From Mobula hypostoma (lineage: Eukaryota), in NCBI RefSeq assembly GCF_963921235.1, contig NC_086109.1, positions 22,880,001 to 22,944,000 on the forward strand: a stretch of DNA of 64,000 nucleotides. The letters run 5' to 3'. Shown here one piece after another: positions 1 to 13,660 of this stretch; the stretch's first letter is position 1; every line of letters starts with the position of its first letter. A model generated the notes under the pieces. That model was not told where the DNA came from and searched no databases. It saw only the letters and a program-made list of their open reading frames with translations. Made by a program: the position numbers and the translations under genes.

Positions 1-3000
1 TGCTCAGACAGAACAGACTGGAGAGCTTATCTACTGAGACTATAGGGATGGAATCGAAGAATAAAAAAAGGGATGACCATGTTAAAGGGATTATAAATTT
101 CCATATATTGACTGGCCTCCCATACTGTAAAAGGGCTGCATTGGATAGAATATGTCAAATGTGTTCAGGAAAATTTCCTTAATCGGTACAGAAGTTTGTG
201 TAGGGGAACACTTAGCATCTAGTGATCATAATACCATTAGTTTCAAGATAATTATGAAGGAAGATAGGTCAGGTCCTCGGGTTGAGATTGCAAATTGGAG
301 AAAGGTCAATTTTGATGGTGTCAGGAAGGATCTGGCAAGTATGGATTGGGACACATGGTTTTTTTGCAAAGGTGTACTTGGTAAGTGGGAGGCCTTCAAA
401 CATGAAATTTGGAGATTACAGAGTTTGCATGCTCCAGTCAAAATAAAAAGCAAGGATAACAGGTTTAGGGAGCCTTGGGTTTTGAGAGATATTGAGGCCC
501 TGGGTAAGAAAAAGTAGGAGGTGCATAACAGGTATAGACAGGAAAGAGCAAATGAGGTACTGGAGAAGTATGAAAAAACGCAAGAGAACACTTAAAAAGG
601 AAATCCAGAGTGCTAAACGAAGGCATGAGGTTTTCAAGATTCAGAGATTCGAAAAACTTTATTGTCATTCTAACCATACAGCTCTGCAGGGCAGAATGAG
701 ACAGCATTTCTCAGGGGCAGTGCAATCATAACATAACAAATGCAGTACTAAATAATAAACATAACAATAAATAGTAAAACACAACAGCCACATGTCAGTT
801 AAAATCAGTTATAAGTGTCCAGTGCAAGTTAAAAGTGTCCAAAGCAGAGTCAGGTGGAGTAGCTATTTAGCAGTCTGACTGCCTGTGGGAGGAAGCTGTT
901 TAGTAGCCTTGTGGTTTTAGTTTTAATGCTCCTGTAACGTTTGCCTGATGGCAGAAGAACAAACAGTTCATGGAGAGGGTGTGAGGGGTCTTTAATGATG
1001 TACCGTGTCTTCTGGAGGCATCGACTTTGAAAGAGGTCTTGGACAGAAGGTAGGGAGACCCCAATAACCTTCTCTGCTCCCCAACCACCCTCTGCAAGGC
1101 TTTTTTGTCGACAGCACTGCAGCTGGAGTACCAGGTTGCGATGCAAAAGGTCAGCACACTCTCAACCACGCCTCTGTAGAATGTAGTTAAGATGTTAGTG
1201 GGGAGTGATGCTTGTTTAAGCTTCCTCAGAAAGTGCAATCTCTGCTGGGCCCGTTTCACAATCCCAGTGGTGTTCCTGGACCAGGTGAGATTGTTCGAGA
1301 TCTGCACCCCAAGGAACTTGATGTTTTCCACTCTCTCCACTGTGGAGCCGCTGATGCTGAGGGTGTGTGCTCAGGCTGAAACCGTCTGAAATCGACCATC
1401 GTCTCCTTGGTTTTGGTTTTGGTGATCTCCTTGGTTGCTCTAGCCCAAAGGCTTCTACAGATATATTAAGAGCAAAATGATAGCAAGGGACAAAATTGGT
1501 CCTCTGGAAGATCACAGTGGTCATTTATACATGGAGCCAAGAGATGGGGGAAATCTTAAATGGATTTTTTCCATCTGTATTTACTCAAGAGATGGACAGA
1601 CAGTCTGTAGAAGTGAAGTGAAACAGCAGTGAGGTTACGTACACTATACAGATTACAGAGGTGGTCTTTGCTGTCTTGAGGCAACTTAGGGTGGATAAAT
1701 TCCCAAGGTCTGACAAGGTGTTGCCTCGGACACTGTGGGAGGCAAGTGCAGAAATTGCAGAGGCCCTAGCAGAGATATTTAATACATCCTCAGAGGATTG
1801 GAAGTTAGCTAATGCTGTTTCATTGTTTAAGAAAGGCTCTAAAATAAGCCAGCAAATTGTAAGCTGGTAAACCTGACCTTATCAGTAGGGAAGTTATTGG
1901 AAGGTATTCAAAGGAAATGGACATACAGGTATTTGGATAGACAGGAACCAATCAGAGATAGTCAATATATAGACTAGTGCACTGTACTGCTGCCACAAAG
2001 AAACCACATTTCGTGACATATGTGAGTGATGATAAACCTGATTCTGATATGGTTCCTCTATTGTGGATTGAGAGTGGGAAGGGGGCAGGGAGAGAGAATC
2101 ATAGTTGGGAAAATGGGAAGGGAGAGGGAAGCACCAGGGAGACATTCTGTAATATTCAATACACCAACTGTTTGGAAGCAAATGATGTGGCCTCGTGTGT
2201 CTGCACCTGCGCCAACCACTGTCCCGGCACTCCTTCTCTGTCACCTGTGCCACACACCTCACCGGCACTCCACCCTGCCATTCCAAACATCCTTTGCTCC
2301 TGCCAGATTTACAAAGTTGCTCTCCCTCCACATTGACAATACAGTATTGTATAAAGGTCTTAGGCACCCTAGTCATATATGCCCAAGATATTTGCACAAT
2401 ACTGTAAAAGGACTTTTGCAAGGTCTTGAACATGGTCCCACATGGGAGGTTGGTCAAGGTTTAGTCACTTGGCATTCAAGATGAGGTAGTAAACTGAATT
2501 AGGCATTGGCTTCACGGAGATGCCAAAGAGTGGTCATACAGGGTTGCTTCTCTGACTGGAGGCCTGTGACTATTGGTGTGCTGCAGGGATCGGTGCTGGA
2601 TCTGTTGCTGTTTGTCATCTGTATCAACGTTTTGGATAATAATGTGGTAAACTGGATCAGCAAGTATGCAGATAATACCAAGATTGGGGGTGTACTGGAC
2701 TGTGAGGAAGACCATCAAAACTTGCAGTGGGATCTGGGCGAACTGAAAAAAGTGGAAGATGGAATTTAATGCAGACAAATGTGAGGTATTGCACACTGAG
2801 GAGTGCAGTAGAACAGAGAGATCTAGGAATACAGTTCCATAATTCCTTGAAAGAGCTGTCAAAGTTTGATAGGATTGTAAAGAAAACTTATGGTGCAATG
2901 GCCTTCATAAATCAAACAAGAGTTGGGATGTTATGCTGAAGTTATTTAAAACTTTGGTGAGGCCTAATTTGGAGTAATGTGTGCAGTTCTGGTCACCTAC

Positions 3001-3513
3001 CTACAGGAAAGATGCCAATAAGCTTGAAAGAGTTCAGAGAAAATTTACAAGGATGCTACCAGGACTTGAAGATCTGAGTTCTAGGGAAAGGTTGAATCAA
3101 TTAGGACTTTATTCCCTAGAATATAGGAGAATGAAGGGAGAGTTGATCGAGATATACAAAATTATGAGGGGTATACACTGGATAAATGCAAGCAGGGTTT
3201 TTCCACTGAGGTTGGGTGAAACTGGAACTAGAGGTCATGGACTAAGAATGAAAGGTGAAATGTTTAAGGAAAACATGAGGAGAAATCACTTCACGCAGAG
3301 GGTGGTAAGTGTGGAATGAGCTGTCAGCAGAAATGGTGGATGAGGTGGTTGATTTCAACACTTAAGAAAAATTTGGATAGGTATATAGACGAGAGGGGTA
3401 AGGAGTGTTATGGTCCTGGTGCAGGTCAATGGGAACAAGGCATAAATTATATTTTGGCATGGACTAGATGGGCCAAAGGGCCTGTTTCTGAACTGTAGTG
3501 TTCTATGACTATG
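1..3513 (+). mobile_element. Degenerate CR1-clade LINE, interrupted by a Rex1-like insertion (about 633-1390) and other fragments (about 1975-2400)
   Basis: ORF2 remnants SDHNTISFKI, GVLQGSVL..YADNTKIGG and QFWSPTYRKD..RVQRKFTRMLPG. 3' end carries a ttctatgactatgac tail. Confidence 0.85.
633..1390 (-). mobile_element. 5'-truncated Rex1/Babar-like LINE inserted into CR1
   Basis: KFLGVQISNNLTW..KRAQQRLHFLRKL and DPSHPLHELFVLLPSGKRYRSI..RLLNSF (ORFs 900..1340 and 850..1146). Confidence 0.8.
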
Positions 3514-4499
3514 ACTCGAGATTCAACTCCTTCTGAAAGAGGTCTCTAGTTTGGGAGGTTTGTCGTGAGTAACTACAGTGTATTTTGATACACTCCAAAG
3601 CCACAACATCCCAGTGGTGGAAGGAGTAACCATTTATGTGGGGTATCAATCTAGTTACCCGCTCTTTCTCTGGCCAACATTACATTTCTTGAGAGTTGAC
3701 GAATGTCACTCACTCAAACAAGTTATTAGAAGTTCTATTACTCCTGGCTTCTGGATTGTAGATAGCAAAGAGGCTTTGACATGCCAACAAGTGATTTACT
3801 TACCACAGGATAACTGGCCTCTCACCTGCTACTGGCACTTGCACTTCCACTTCCACCACCCATTCCCACCTGGCCTTCCTCTCACATTAGAGCACAGAAC
3901 GGTACAGCATAGAACAGGCCCTTCAGTCCAAAATGTTGTACTAATCTAATTAAATAACTAAACTCTTTCTGTGCTGTACTGTACTGTTCTATGATTCTAA
4001 ACACCTATCTAAATTAGTCCTCTGCCTACACAATGTCTATACCCTTTTATTTCCTACCTATCTACGTGACTGAGAGCCTCTTGAACGTCTCTACTGTATC
4101 TGTCGCCTCTACCATCCTTGGCAATGCCACTCTCCGTGTAAAAAAAGACGTTTCCCGCATGGCTCATTTGAACTTACCCCCTCTCACCTCAAATACATGC
4201 ACAAAAGTATAAGACATTTCAACCCTGGGAAGGAGACGCTGGCGAGCCATCTCATAATCATATACTGTACACTTGTCAGATCTCGCCTCAGCTTCTAGCT
4301 CTCCAGAGAAAACAGTTTAACTTTATCCAACCATTCCTCTAATCTAGGCAGCATTCTGCACGAATCACCACACACACACACAGCCCAGTTCCCTCAAAAG
4401 CGCCACTTTTATTACCACTCCCCACTAGTCACTGTACCCCTACTTCTCCCACATTCCCCTTCGCCCAGCCCTACTTCACCATTTCCCCCTCGCACTCAC

Positions 4500-4680
4500 T
4501 GGTTCCCAGGCGGCTCAGCACTCCCACGTAGATGCTCAGCCCCAGCGCACTCAGGTGGGCCGCCGCTCCCGCCGTCCTCCTCAGACACAGGTAGAGACCG
4601 CAGCGCCGCGCTCCAGGGCCGTGCCCCACTTGGTTGACTCTAATGCCCAGGGGCTCGGGTAGCCACTGAAAGCTCCGCAT
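4500..4680 (-). CDS. CYB561D1: Cytochrome b561 family member D1, first coding exon (remaining exons not found; presumably outside the window)
   Basis: LYLCLRRTAGAAAHLSALGLSIYVGVLSRLGT(S) resembles CYB561D1 TM1 (WLRRGSGILAHLVALGFTIFLTALSRPGTS). Donor A|gtgagt at 4499. CpG-rich. Tandem with ATXN7L2 as in mammals. Confidence 0.85.
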
Positions 4681-4689
4681 CCCAGCGCC

Positions 4690-4760
4690 CCGAACCCGGT
4701 CCGAGCTCGGCCCTTGTTTACGTCACTTCCAGGTGACCGACCATACCGGAAGTAGGTGTA
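4690..4760 (-). promoter_or_regulatory. CYB561D1 proximal promoter: overlapping ETS-CRE element plus a second ETS site
   Basis: Minus-strand GGAAGTGACGTAA at 4730-4718 and plus-strand CCGGAAGT at 4746-4753, within about 40-75 bp of the ATG. Confidence 0.65.
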
Positions 4761-5449
4761 AACGCCAAGCGATTGACAGTTGAGGTTCAGGTATCTGCAC
4801 TCGAACCACTGCTATTTAACTCAGCCCCTTTCGCTTAATACAACCTCTTGATGTTCTCCACAATATCAACTAGGGTTGCATTTACAAAAGTTGCTTTTTC
4901 ATGTATTATTATATTTCTGAAATAAAGAACATTTTCACCAAATGGACAGAACAAAAGAGAATTTAAGTATTAGACTGCAGCATCAAGTGTTGGGAGAATT
5001 GCTATTGGGCTTCTGGTAGATGAAGTTAGTGTTTGTCAACATGCACACGAGTGAACAGACTTGTTCATTTCACAAATGAGATTGCTGACAAGTCTGATTT
5101 TCCAATGCAAGGATGTGCAAAGGACGATGTGTGCCAAAGGTTCCCCAGTACAGAGAGACAGACAGAGGAGCGTGCGGTGGGGTGGGGTGAAATGTACTTA
5201 TGAAGTTTGTGTTCCCTCCAGCTGAAGCGCCTAGGACCAGGAGTCCCTGTTTCAAAATAATCAACTCAAACCCATCAGTCATTCAATTAATCTGTAACTT
5301 ATCAATAAGTACCTGCCTTGACTCTATAAACTTTAAAACCACAGGTGTCTGTACTTCAAAACTAATAGGTGCTTAGTGCAAGAATCGTATCCACCATCAT
5401 TCTGGTATTAAGTATTTTACTCAATATGTTAGTATTAGACAGGACACTT

Positions 5450-8400
5450 AGAAAATTCTAATAAAACTTTATTAAAAAAAATATCCAAATTGCTCACCAA
5501 ACAGATAAACAAAAAAAACTTTATTCAAAACATCTGTTTGGGTATTATAAATTATACATTTATTTGTTTATAAACCAAAAACACTGAGGTCTAAAGTCAA
5601 TGTAAAAAAAACCATAAATATTGGTCATACAGCAATCATTCAAAACAAACTCCCCAACATAAGTACAGGAAGCAACTTCGACTGGCCTCAAGCCAATGAT
5701 GAATGGAATGTGAAGTCAGCAGGTTGGTGACTCCCAAGAATGGAGGGATCGGTAGAGTGGGGATTTGCAGTTAGGAGTGGATTGGAGCCTGGAGAAAGAG
5801 CTAGGTCAGTTTGCTAGCCCTTAGCATGCCTTCATTTTCTGCTGATGATTATTGCGACCTTTACTGCTGTAGATGAGGAGAATATTGAGCTTAGTAATGA
5901 TGCCATCTGCGGTTGAATAGCCTACTGTACATTAATTATCTATGCTCACTCATTGTGACTCCTAACTTCATACTATACCCAACTAGGAGTCAAAGTCTTC
6001 ATAATCTCTAAGCCAATCCTGATTAGCAAAACAAAATGCCGGAACCTATTCTGCTCACTGTGACTGCGCTCCATGTCAGTCATTAAACTGCAGCCTCATG
6101 AGGGCTGTTCACAAACAATTTAACTCATTTGGAAAAGCAAGGTTCGTGGGCACTTGCTTTTCAAGTGCCCCTAAAAGGATGACCTTTTCATTTTGAAGTG
6201 AAATTTAAAGTACATCATTTGAAAAATTTAAGCAGCATCAATTATTTTTTAAAAGTTTCTTTTGAAAACTGTCACGCTTATGGCAACATAACAATTTTAA
6301 TTCCCATCTTAATCAATTTAATCTTCTTCATCTTGCGGGCTTTCTTTCCTCAATGCCTTCAGTCCTTTATTGAGGATACTAATGGCTTCCTGATGCTTTG
6401 TCTATCAGAAAGCAGTGGATTAATAGCCAAGGTTTGCTACTTTTCTATTCCTTGTTCCCGATCCTATTCCATACAGGTAGGAGAAGAAGCCTGCCTAGAA
6501 CATTAGCAGGCTAGTCAACTGCAGGCGTCATCACACCAGAGCTTGATCTTATTTTCAATAAGCACCCATACAGTGATAGTAAAAACAGCATTTACTTTTC
6601 TAAACCAGCAACACTGAGTGAAGAGTGCCACTTTGAAAGGTCTCCCTGATCAGATTCAACAAATTTCAGTACTGATTGGAAATAGTATCTAAGATTTGAT
6701 CATTCTATATGGTTGACTTTTCAATGAATAGTGTCTTGACACCATTTGAACAGCGTTTTATCTATCTCAACGCATAGTATAGAGATGGAGCATTCAATGA
6801 TGGGCTGTCGAAAAGCAAAATGGCAAATGCTGAAATTCTGAAATAAAAACAGTAGTGGTGGAAACACATAGCAGGTCTGAAAGCATGTGCAGAGAAACAG
6901 ACAGAATTAATGTTTCAGACAGATGACCTTTCGTTGGAAAGGTTACCAACCTGACATCTGCACCTCTAACTGTCTAACATGCTGCATCTTTCCAACATTC
7001 TCTGTTTCTATCAATGGAATACTACTATCTGAATTATAAAACTAGCAACCTCTAATAATACACAGCGAGGACACGTATTAAATATTTTCTAGCAAAACAA
7101 TACCAACCACAAAAATAGCTATTTAAAAAAAAACTGTCAGCTTACAGGCCTGGGCAGCAGCTCGTATTTGAGGTAAGTATTCAATTCCATATCTTTTAGC
7201 TTAAAATAACCTTTGCTGATACAAATTAAAGTTTAAAATGGTTTAATTCAGTTATTTTCCTCTCATCTGAGAGAATGTGCAGTCCAAACACTGATATTAA
7301 TGAAGGAATCACAGATAGAGAGAGAAGGAAAAGAAAGAGATGAATGTTTTTTACATATCATCCATTATGGAATTAAGGATTGATTTTGAGGTATTGCAAA
7401 GCCAAGGGACTAACAGACCTATAAAAATGTCAATGTATTCAACACAGTGGGCATAAGGAAGTCTCTGAGCAAGACTTAGAAGAAGTAAGTGTAATAATCA
7501 CAGATGTCCAGTAATTAATTCAGGAGAAATACAATTGCCAGAGAGTGGCAACAATGTAGTAACAGCTACAAAAAAAATTATATAACAGATTTCACATGAA
7601 GCAGCTGATGCAAAAAAAAATCCAAGCAATTAAGAGGAAGCAAGTTAATGACAGAGAGGAATTGTTCTGGGGTTAGATGAAGAGGAGTGCAGGGGGTGGG
7701 GGGAGGAGACAGACACTCTGTTTATATTCCACCTTGGACCTACTAGGCAAACTACTCCTTACTGTTCTCTAAACTATTTAAATATTACTTACTGATAAAA
7801 GGACAAGATGAATAAACATCAGGATGAGTAAATACTGGTGTTTTCTTTCCTTCCACCTCCCCCCAGTGGTTGGTCATTCAGCGATGACAAGGGCACAGGC
7901 TTAAGACAATAAGGAAAATAATTGCCGTAAACCCTGATCACTCACACTCTTTCCTATCTTTAGTCTTCCTACGGTTCATTGCTTTGTTAAACTTTACATC
8001 TGGTTACTGTAGTTAATAAATCTCTATTTTTTTTTCATTATTTCTTATGAATTGCATCTCAAATTTCATATTGGAAACATTTTAAATGGGAACATGAAGG
8101 TAGAAACTCCACATGTTGGATTAAGACCCATACTCACTCTATTCCTATAACTTGGACCCAGTATCATCTTAATATCAGTACGAATGAGTTCAGGATGTGC
8201 TAAGTTAGATCAAATTGGGCTACACAGAGCTTCAACTAAGTCTTTCCAATCCAGACACCGATTTAATTCCACGCTCAACCTCCTTAAAAAATATTAAAAA
8301 CTGGATAAAGCAAAATCAGATTCAGATTATAATGGCTTGATCTGTACAATAAATTACATGACTACTGACATTGCAATGGTTTGCATTTAAACAGTGTGCT

Positions 8401-11400
8401 ACCCTTCAGCTGTTGCCAAGGTATCTAATTACCTCAATGGGTATGCATCTGGCATTGGTAACATTAGGTCACTATACCTGTATATATGTATTTATCTTTA
8501 TATATAGATATATATTTGACCATTTCAAACTGTAAAATATTATAGACGATGTGTCATTACTAGATCAAATACAAAAAATATTTGCATAATTCAGTACATA
8601 ACCATTACAAACTTTTCAGACATTTACACACCTTGGCATTTTGGTCTTCATGCCCGACACTCTTGCTCAGTATTTCACATTATTGTGTGCTGTTCAGGCT
8701 TTCATTTGAATCAGCATTATAGAGGTCAATTTTAGCACTTCACTGAAATGGCCACTCAACGGAGATGGGACACAGGTATTCAAGACCAGAGGCTAAGCTA
8801 GTTCAGGGAGTTGTGTTACAAATTCTTGTTTATTCCTGGCTCTTGGGTTCCACTTCCACTCACACTCAGAATCGTCATGGTGGCTCGTCTGCACCTAACT
8901 TTTAGGGCGATGCATATAATCAGCCTGATAAGCGACAATTATCATTAAATTGGTAACCTCAGCAGGGCAATCAAAACTGCTGTACTGATATCGGATGCAG
9001 AATGGAAGGGATTCTCATCTAAGGGCAAGAGGAGGCTTTGTTCAAAGTCTGATGAAGTAATTGGTCTTTATGAAGACTTTTTAGGATGGAGGGGGACATG
9101 GATATGGGAAAATTGTTATGCAGTATGATTTAGAACAGAGGTTCCACATAAAGGACTGGAGACTTTGCCAGTAACAGTACCATGAAGGCTGACACAACCA
9201 AGACCTGAATCAAAGGACCAAAGTTTATGAACTGATGTCAGGTTTGAGAAAATCAATGAGGTAACAAGGGACAACCCAGAACCCTATGGTAAGGATTTCT
9301 TTTTAAAACAGGTCCAGAATTTGAACTATAGGCTAAAAAAATGAGGATTCAGTGGAAAATGACAAGGATAGAGAGGGTGACTGAGCAAAACATAATGCAA
9401 TGTTCAAATAAAGTGAGTTGGGAATCTCAGTTTATGAACAGGTCACACTGGGCATGCCTGATGATGACAATTGGGTGTCAGATACTAGAAGTGTTCCGTT
9501 TCCCAGCACTAAAGGTCCATTACCATTAAAGCTGGCAAAATTCTATAATGAGGGTAATTTTACTTGTTGGGTCACCGGCTATGGAAAATGGATGTAAAAA
9601 GGGGTATGATTAGATTCTCCCTTCTATATCTCCCTTAAAAGAATCAGCACAGGCACAATAGCCTCATCTGGGCTGTTACAAAATGTCACCTTTATCATGG
9701 GTGATTTAGATGAAATTGATTTCCTCTGAGTATCTTCACTGAGCATTTTATCAATACATTTTAGCTGAAAACAGCTACTGGACTAATCTCAGTTCAAGTG
9801 ATTGGGCTCAGGTTTCCACATTGTAGTCGCTCACTCACTGATTAGGAGGACATCAGGCAGTTATTTCTTTTCCTTGTTAATTGAGAATTTAACATTGTCC
9901 CTGGGAAGACGGGATGAATCATTATTTGGAGACACTGCAACTCAAGCTATCCCTTCATTACATATTGCTATATTTTCCCTCAAAAGTTATACATAATCTG
10001 AAATCATACTTCAAAACTTAAAAGTAGCAAGCAAAAAAAGTTGCAGAGAAAGAAACATCATTCATATAAAGGTACTGATAAATTGGGTTGGATTAAAATT
10101 TAAACATAAAATAATGAAATTTGAAAATGCTGTTTGTAACAGAAACTTCAAGCACAACTGAGCGAAAAGAAAATTCAATTCATCTTCAGATGGGCAAAAG
10201 AATGGTTCAACTTGAGAATTGTACAGAATTTGGTAGAAGATAGTTAAATCATTTTAACCTTGCTTGAAGAATGTTCTCAGGGTCACTATCATTAAAATAT
10301 TCTTTAGCAACATGAGAAAGAAGGGACATCTGTAGTTGCTGGTGGACAGGCCTAATGTGTGGAAGCAGAAGTGAAGAGAGAGAGCGATGTAAATAATTAG
10401 AGAAAAATGTTAGAACACATGCAGTTTCCATGGCAACATGGGTTTCTTCCAGGTGCTCCTGTTTCTTCCTACAACCCATAGATGTACCGGCAGGTTAATT
10501 TGCTATCATAGAGACAACACTTTTTAGGTATGGGGAGGAAAGGCTACCTTAGCAGAAGGTAGAATTCAGAGGATGGATAAGTACAAGTTATGAATCAAAG
10601 TGAGTTGATGAGTAGATGTGAAGGAGCGCAATTACAGAGAGGAGGAATGAGATTAATAGGATTACTCTCCGGGATGTAGCATGCACCAGATAGACTGAAT
10701 GACCTTTTGCATTGTTAAAAGATACAGTGGAGTGAACAAAGCTGAAGCAAGAACAGAGAAAAGGAGAGAGAAGGGGACAGAAATCTAATAACACCAAACA
10801 ATAATTAAATACCTGGGATTAACTTCAACGGTTAGATTACTGGGCAAGAGAAGCTCAGACCAAGATAATATTCACCAGTAGGCCTAAAGAACATGAAATA
10901 GTGGTCACCCTACTATCAATAAATCAAATCATTTCTTCTTTTCAATGTTCTCTTTCAATCCATTAAAGTTTCACGTATATGAGCCAGCTTCCTAGATATG
11001 TCTCAATGAAGAAGATGCAACAGCATTATGATGCAAGTAGGTCAGGGTCAAAGGCCATGTAAATATCAGTCATTTTGCCTGCAGTCCTTAAGGAGATATA
11101 ATACTTTTCTTTCCATTTATATCTACGATTGGAACTGCTCAGACTTATCTGAACAGATATTTGGCATATATAAACTTCGGGCTGTCAGCGACAGTCATCA
11201 TCCCCTTCTCTTAACCTCTCTCAGACTGTTCTTAGTGGCTGCTGGGTGGCCTCTACGAAGACAGGAAGAGTAGTGTGGCGGTGGATCTAACTGCCCTGGA
11301 TGGAGGGAAAGGGAATGTAAGAGTTTTAATTGTGAAAAATTAAGGTCATACAAGAGGAACATTTCCTTGAGGAGTGTATCTGATGGGTGTCCAGCACCCA

Positions 11401-11980
11401 TGGGCCCCAGTTCACCATGAATCAAACCCTTTGTAAGAAGATAGAGGCAGGAAAACACAAGTTTACAAATGCACGATGCCGAAAAAGAGACATCTGCACC
11501 CCACTGCCTGCAGGGAGCATGGATTAAATATATGGCAGAATGTCCTTTATCATTCTCCAATACATTGTGGGCAAGAAGCACAGGTTGAATACCTCATGGC
11601 CAATTTTGCATATGTTTTGTTATCAGGTTTCCCTTGTAGCAATACAGAGTAAGGCTTCCACATTAAATGGTGAGGACAGCAAAACTCCAGAGCAAAGAAA
11701 TTGGAAGGGGACAAACAAAACAGATGGATGAACAGGGTAGTAACGAACTCCATACAGATGTGGTATGCAATACAAGGGGTAGGCTGCACACTCTATAGTG
11801 CCAAATGAGGCAGCTAGTGGGACAGTCCCACTTTCATTTGTGCCTAATAAGCCTGTGATCCGACAGAGCTCTTGACACTCGCGACAGGCACCAATTTGCG
11901 TGCCCAAGGGCTGGAATTGGTGACTGATCGATGGAACGTTTCCAGATCATGTATCGCCACAAAGCTGGGCAGACCAACTT
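5450..11980 (-). other. Probable long (about 6.5 kb) 3' UTR of ATXN7L2
   Basis: Nearly repeat-free, AT-rich stretch downstream of the stop codon. Minus-strand AATAAA at 5525-5520 and 5473-5468, and another at 8834-8829. The true end is not determinable from sequence alone. Confidence 0.5.
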
Positions 11981-11998
11981 TCAGGGTCGCACTTTTGC
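11981..11998 (-). CDS. ATXN7L2: ATXN7L2 terminal coding exon (AKVRP*)
   Basis: A long polypyrimidine tract (gcttctctctttctctatcttcctccag) is followed by GCA AAA GTG CGA CCC TGA. Phase 0 matches exon 10. Resembles the ATXN7 C-terminus PKARP. Confidence 0.8.
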   Translation of the reverse strand, partial: AKVRP

Positions 11999-12239
11999 CT
12001 GGAGGAAGATAGAGAAAGAGAGAAGCATGAAAGGATTAATTTCTATTATATAAAATCGCACCCAGAATAACAATCAGACAGCTTGCTTCTATTCAGTGGC
12101 TTTCTTGCCACTAGGGTTTCTCCAAGCATTAAGTATAACATTGAAATAAAGCAGCTCCAAATTGATGCACAGAATGATCCTAAAACCAATAAAATTATAA
12201 ATTGGTAATCTGTTAAACTAAGTTGATTGACGATCAAAA

Positions 12240-12472
12240 CATTGAGCAAGGATAGCCAGGTGAATTCTGAAGTAAATAATAGCGATGTTTTTTTTTAAAG
12301 AAGAGGGCAACAAGACCTTGATGTAATGACACGTGAAAAGAGATAACATTGCTTATAGGTCAGCAGAATCTCAATAATGCACTGTGTCTCAGCCCAGATT
12401 ATGTGTTCAAATCTCTATGGCAGCCTTGAACCTATAATCTTTTGCCTCAAGAGGTAAGAATGCTACACCATT
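12240..12472 (-). mobile_element. Old DeuSINE (SacSINE1/AmnSINE-like) remnant; similar remnant at about 40440-40575
   Basis: Head-like ccttgaacctataatcttttgcctcaagaggtaagaatgctac. Heavily diverged and assigned from recall only. Confidence 0.4.
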
Positions 12473-12656
12473 GCTGTGTTCATATATTGCTAACACTAAC
12501 ACAATTCTTTTCAGGTTTTGTCGAGGAAAGGCTGCCTTAGCGGAGGATACGATTCCAACGATGAATAAAGTACAGTGTTGTGATTATTGCCCCACGACCC
12601 ATCAAGTCTGCTCCGCCATTCAAGCATGGCTGATCTATCCTCTCCTACATTCTCTC

Positions 12657-13660
12657 CACAGTACGTGTGCTTGCAACACTGTGTGTCCGACAGAGTGATC
12701 AGCAGCACTGGGGCTCCATAGGGGACTGTCTTGTCTCCCTTTCTCTTCACCATTTACACCTCGGACTTCAACCACTGCACAGAGTCTTGTCACCTTCAGA
12801 AGTTTTCGGATGACTCTGCCATAGTTGGATGCATCAGCAGGGGAGGCGAGGCTGCGTACAGGGCTACGGTAGGAAACCTTGTCACATGGTGTGAGCAGAA
12901 TTATCTGCAGCTTAATGTGAAAAAGGCTAAGGAGCTGGTGGTAGACCTGAGGAGAGCTAAGGTACCAGTGACCCCTGTTTCCATCCAGGGGGTCAGTGTG
13001 GACATGGTGGAGGATTACGAATACCTGGGGATACGAATTGACAATAAACTGGACTGGCCAAAGAACACTGAGGCTGTCTACAAGAAGGGTCAGAGCCATC
13101 TCTATTTCCTGAGGAGACTGGGGTCCTTTAACATCTGCCGGACGATGCTGAGGATGTTCTATGAGTCTGTGGTGGCCAGTGCAATCAGGTTTGCTGTTGT
13201 GTGCTGGGGCAGCAGGCTGAGGGTAGCAGACACCAACAGAATCAACAAACTCATTCATAAGGCCAGTGATGTTGTGGGGGTGGAACTGGACTCTCTGATG
13301 GTGGTGTCTGAAAAGAGGATGCTGTCCAAGTTGCATGCCATCTTGGACAATGTCTCCCATCCACTACATGATGTACTGGTTGGGCACAGGAGTATATTCA
13401 GCCAGAGACTCATTCCACCGAGATGCAACACAGAGCGTCATAGCAAGTCATTCCTGCCTGTGGCCATCAAACTTTACAACTCCCCCCTTGGAGGGTCAGA
13501 CACCCTGAGCCAATAGGCTGGTCCTGGACTTATTTCCTGGCATAATTTACATATTACTATTTAACTATTTATGGTTTTATTACTACTTAATTTTTTATGG
13601 TGCAACTGTAACGAAAACCAATTTCCCCCGGGATCAATAAAGTATGACTATGACTACTAT
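12657..13660 (+). mobile_element. Young 5'-truncated Rex1/Babar-like LINE (RT C-terminus, open ORF 12731..13516) inserted into a minus-strand CR1 remnant
   Basis: GAP*GTVLSPFLFTIYTSD, KFSDD, YLG and HPLH motifs. Ends AATAAA followed by a (TATGAC)n tail. Confidence 0.85.

Noticed and set aside
1..4499. CYB561D1 exons 2-3
   Set aside because: I found no SLFSWHP-like coding segment on the minus strand. The region is almost entirely LINE-derived, so these exons probably lie beyond the window.
12635..13360. 241-aa minus-strand ORF
   Set aside because: Antisense shadow of the Rex1-like RT. The same peptide recurs opposite the second copy at 26595..26867.
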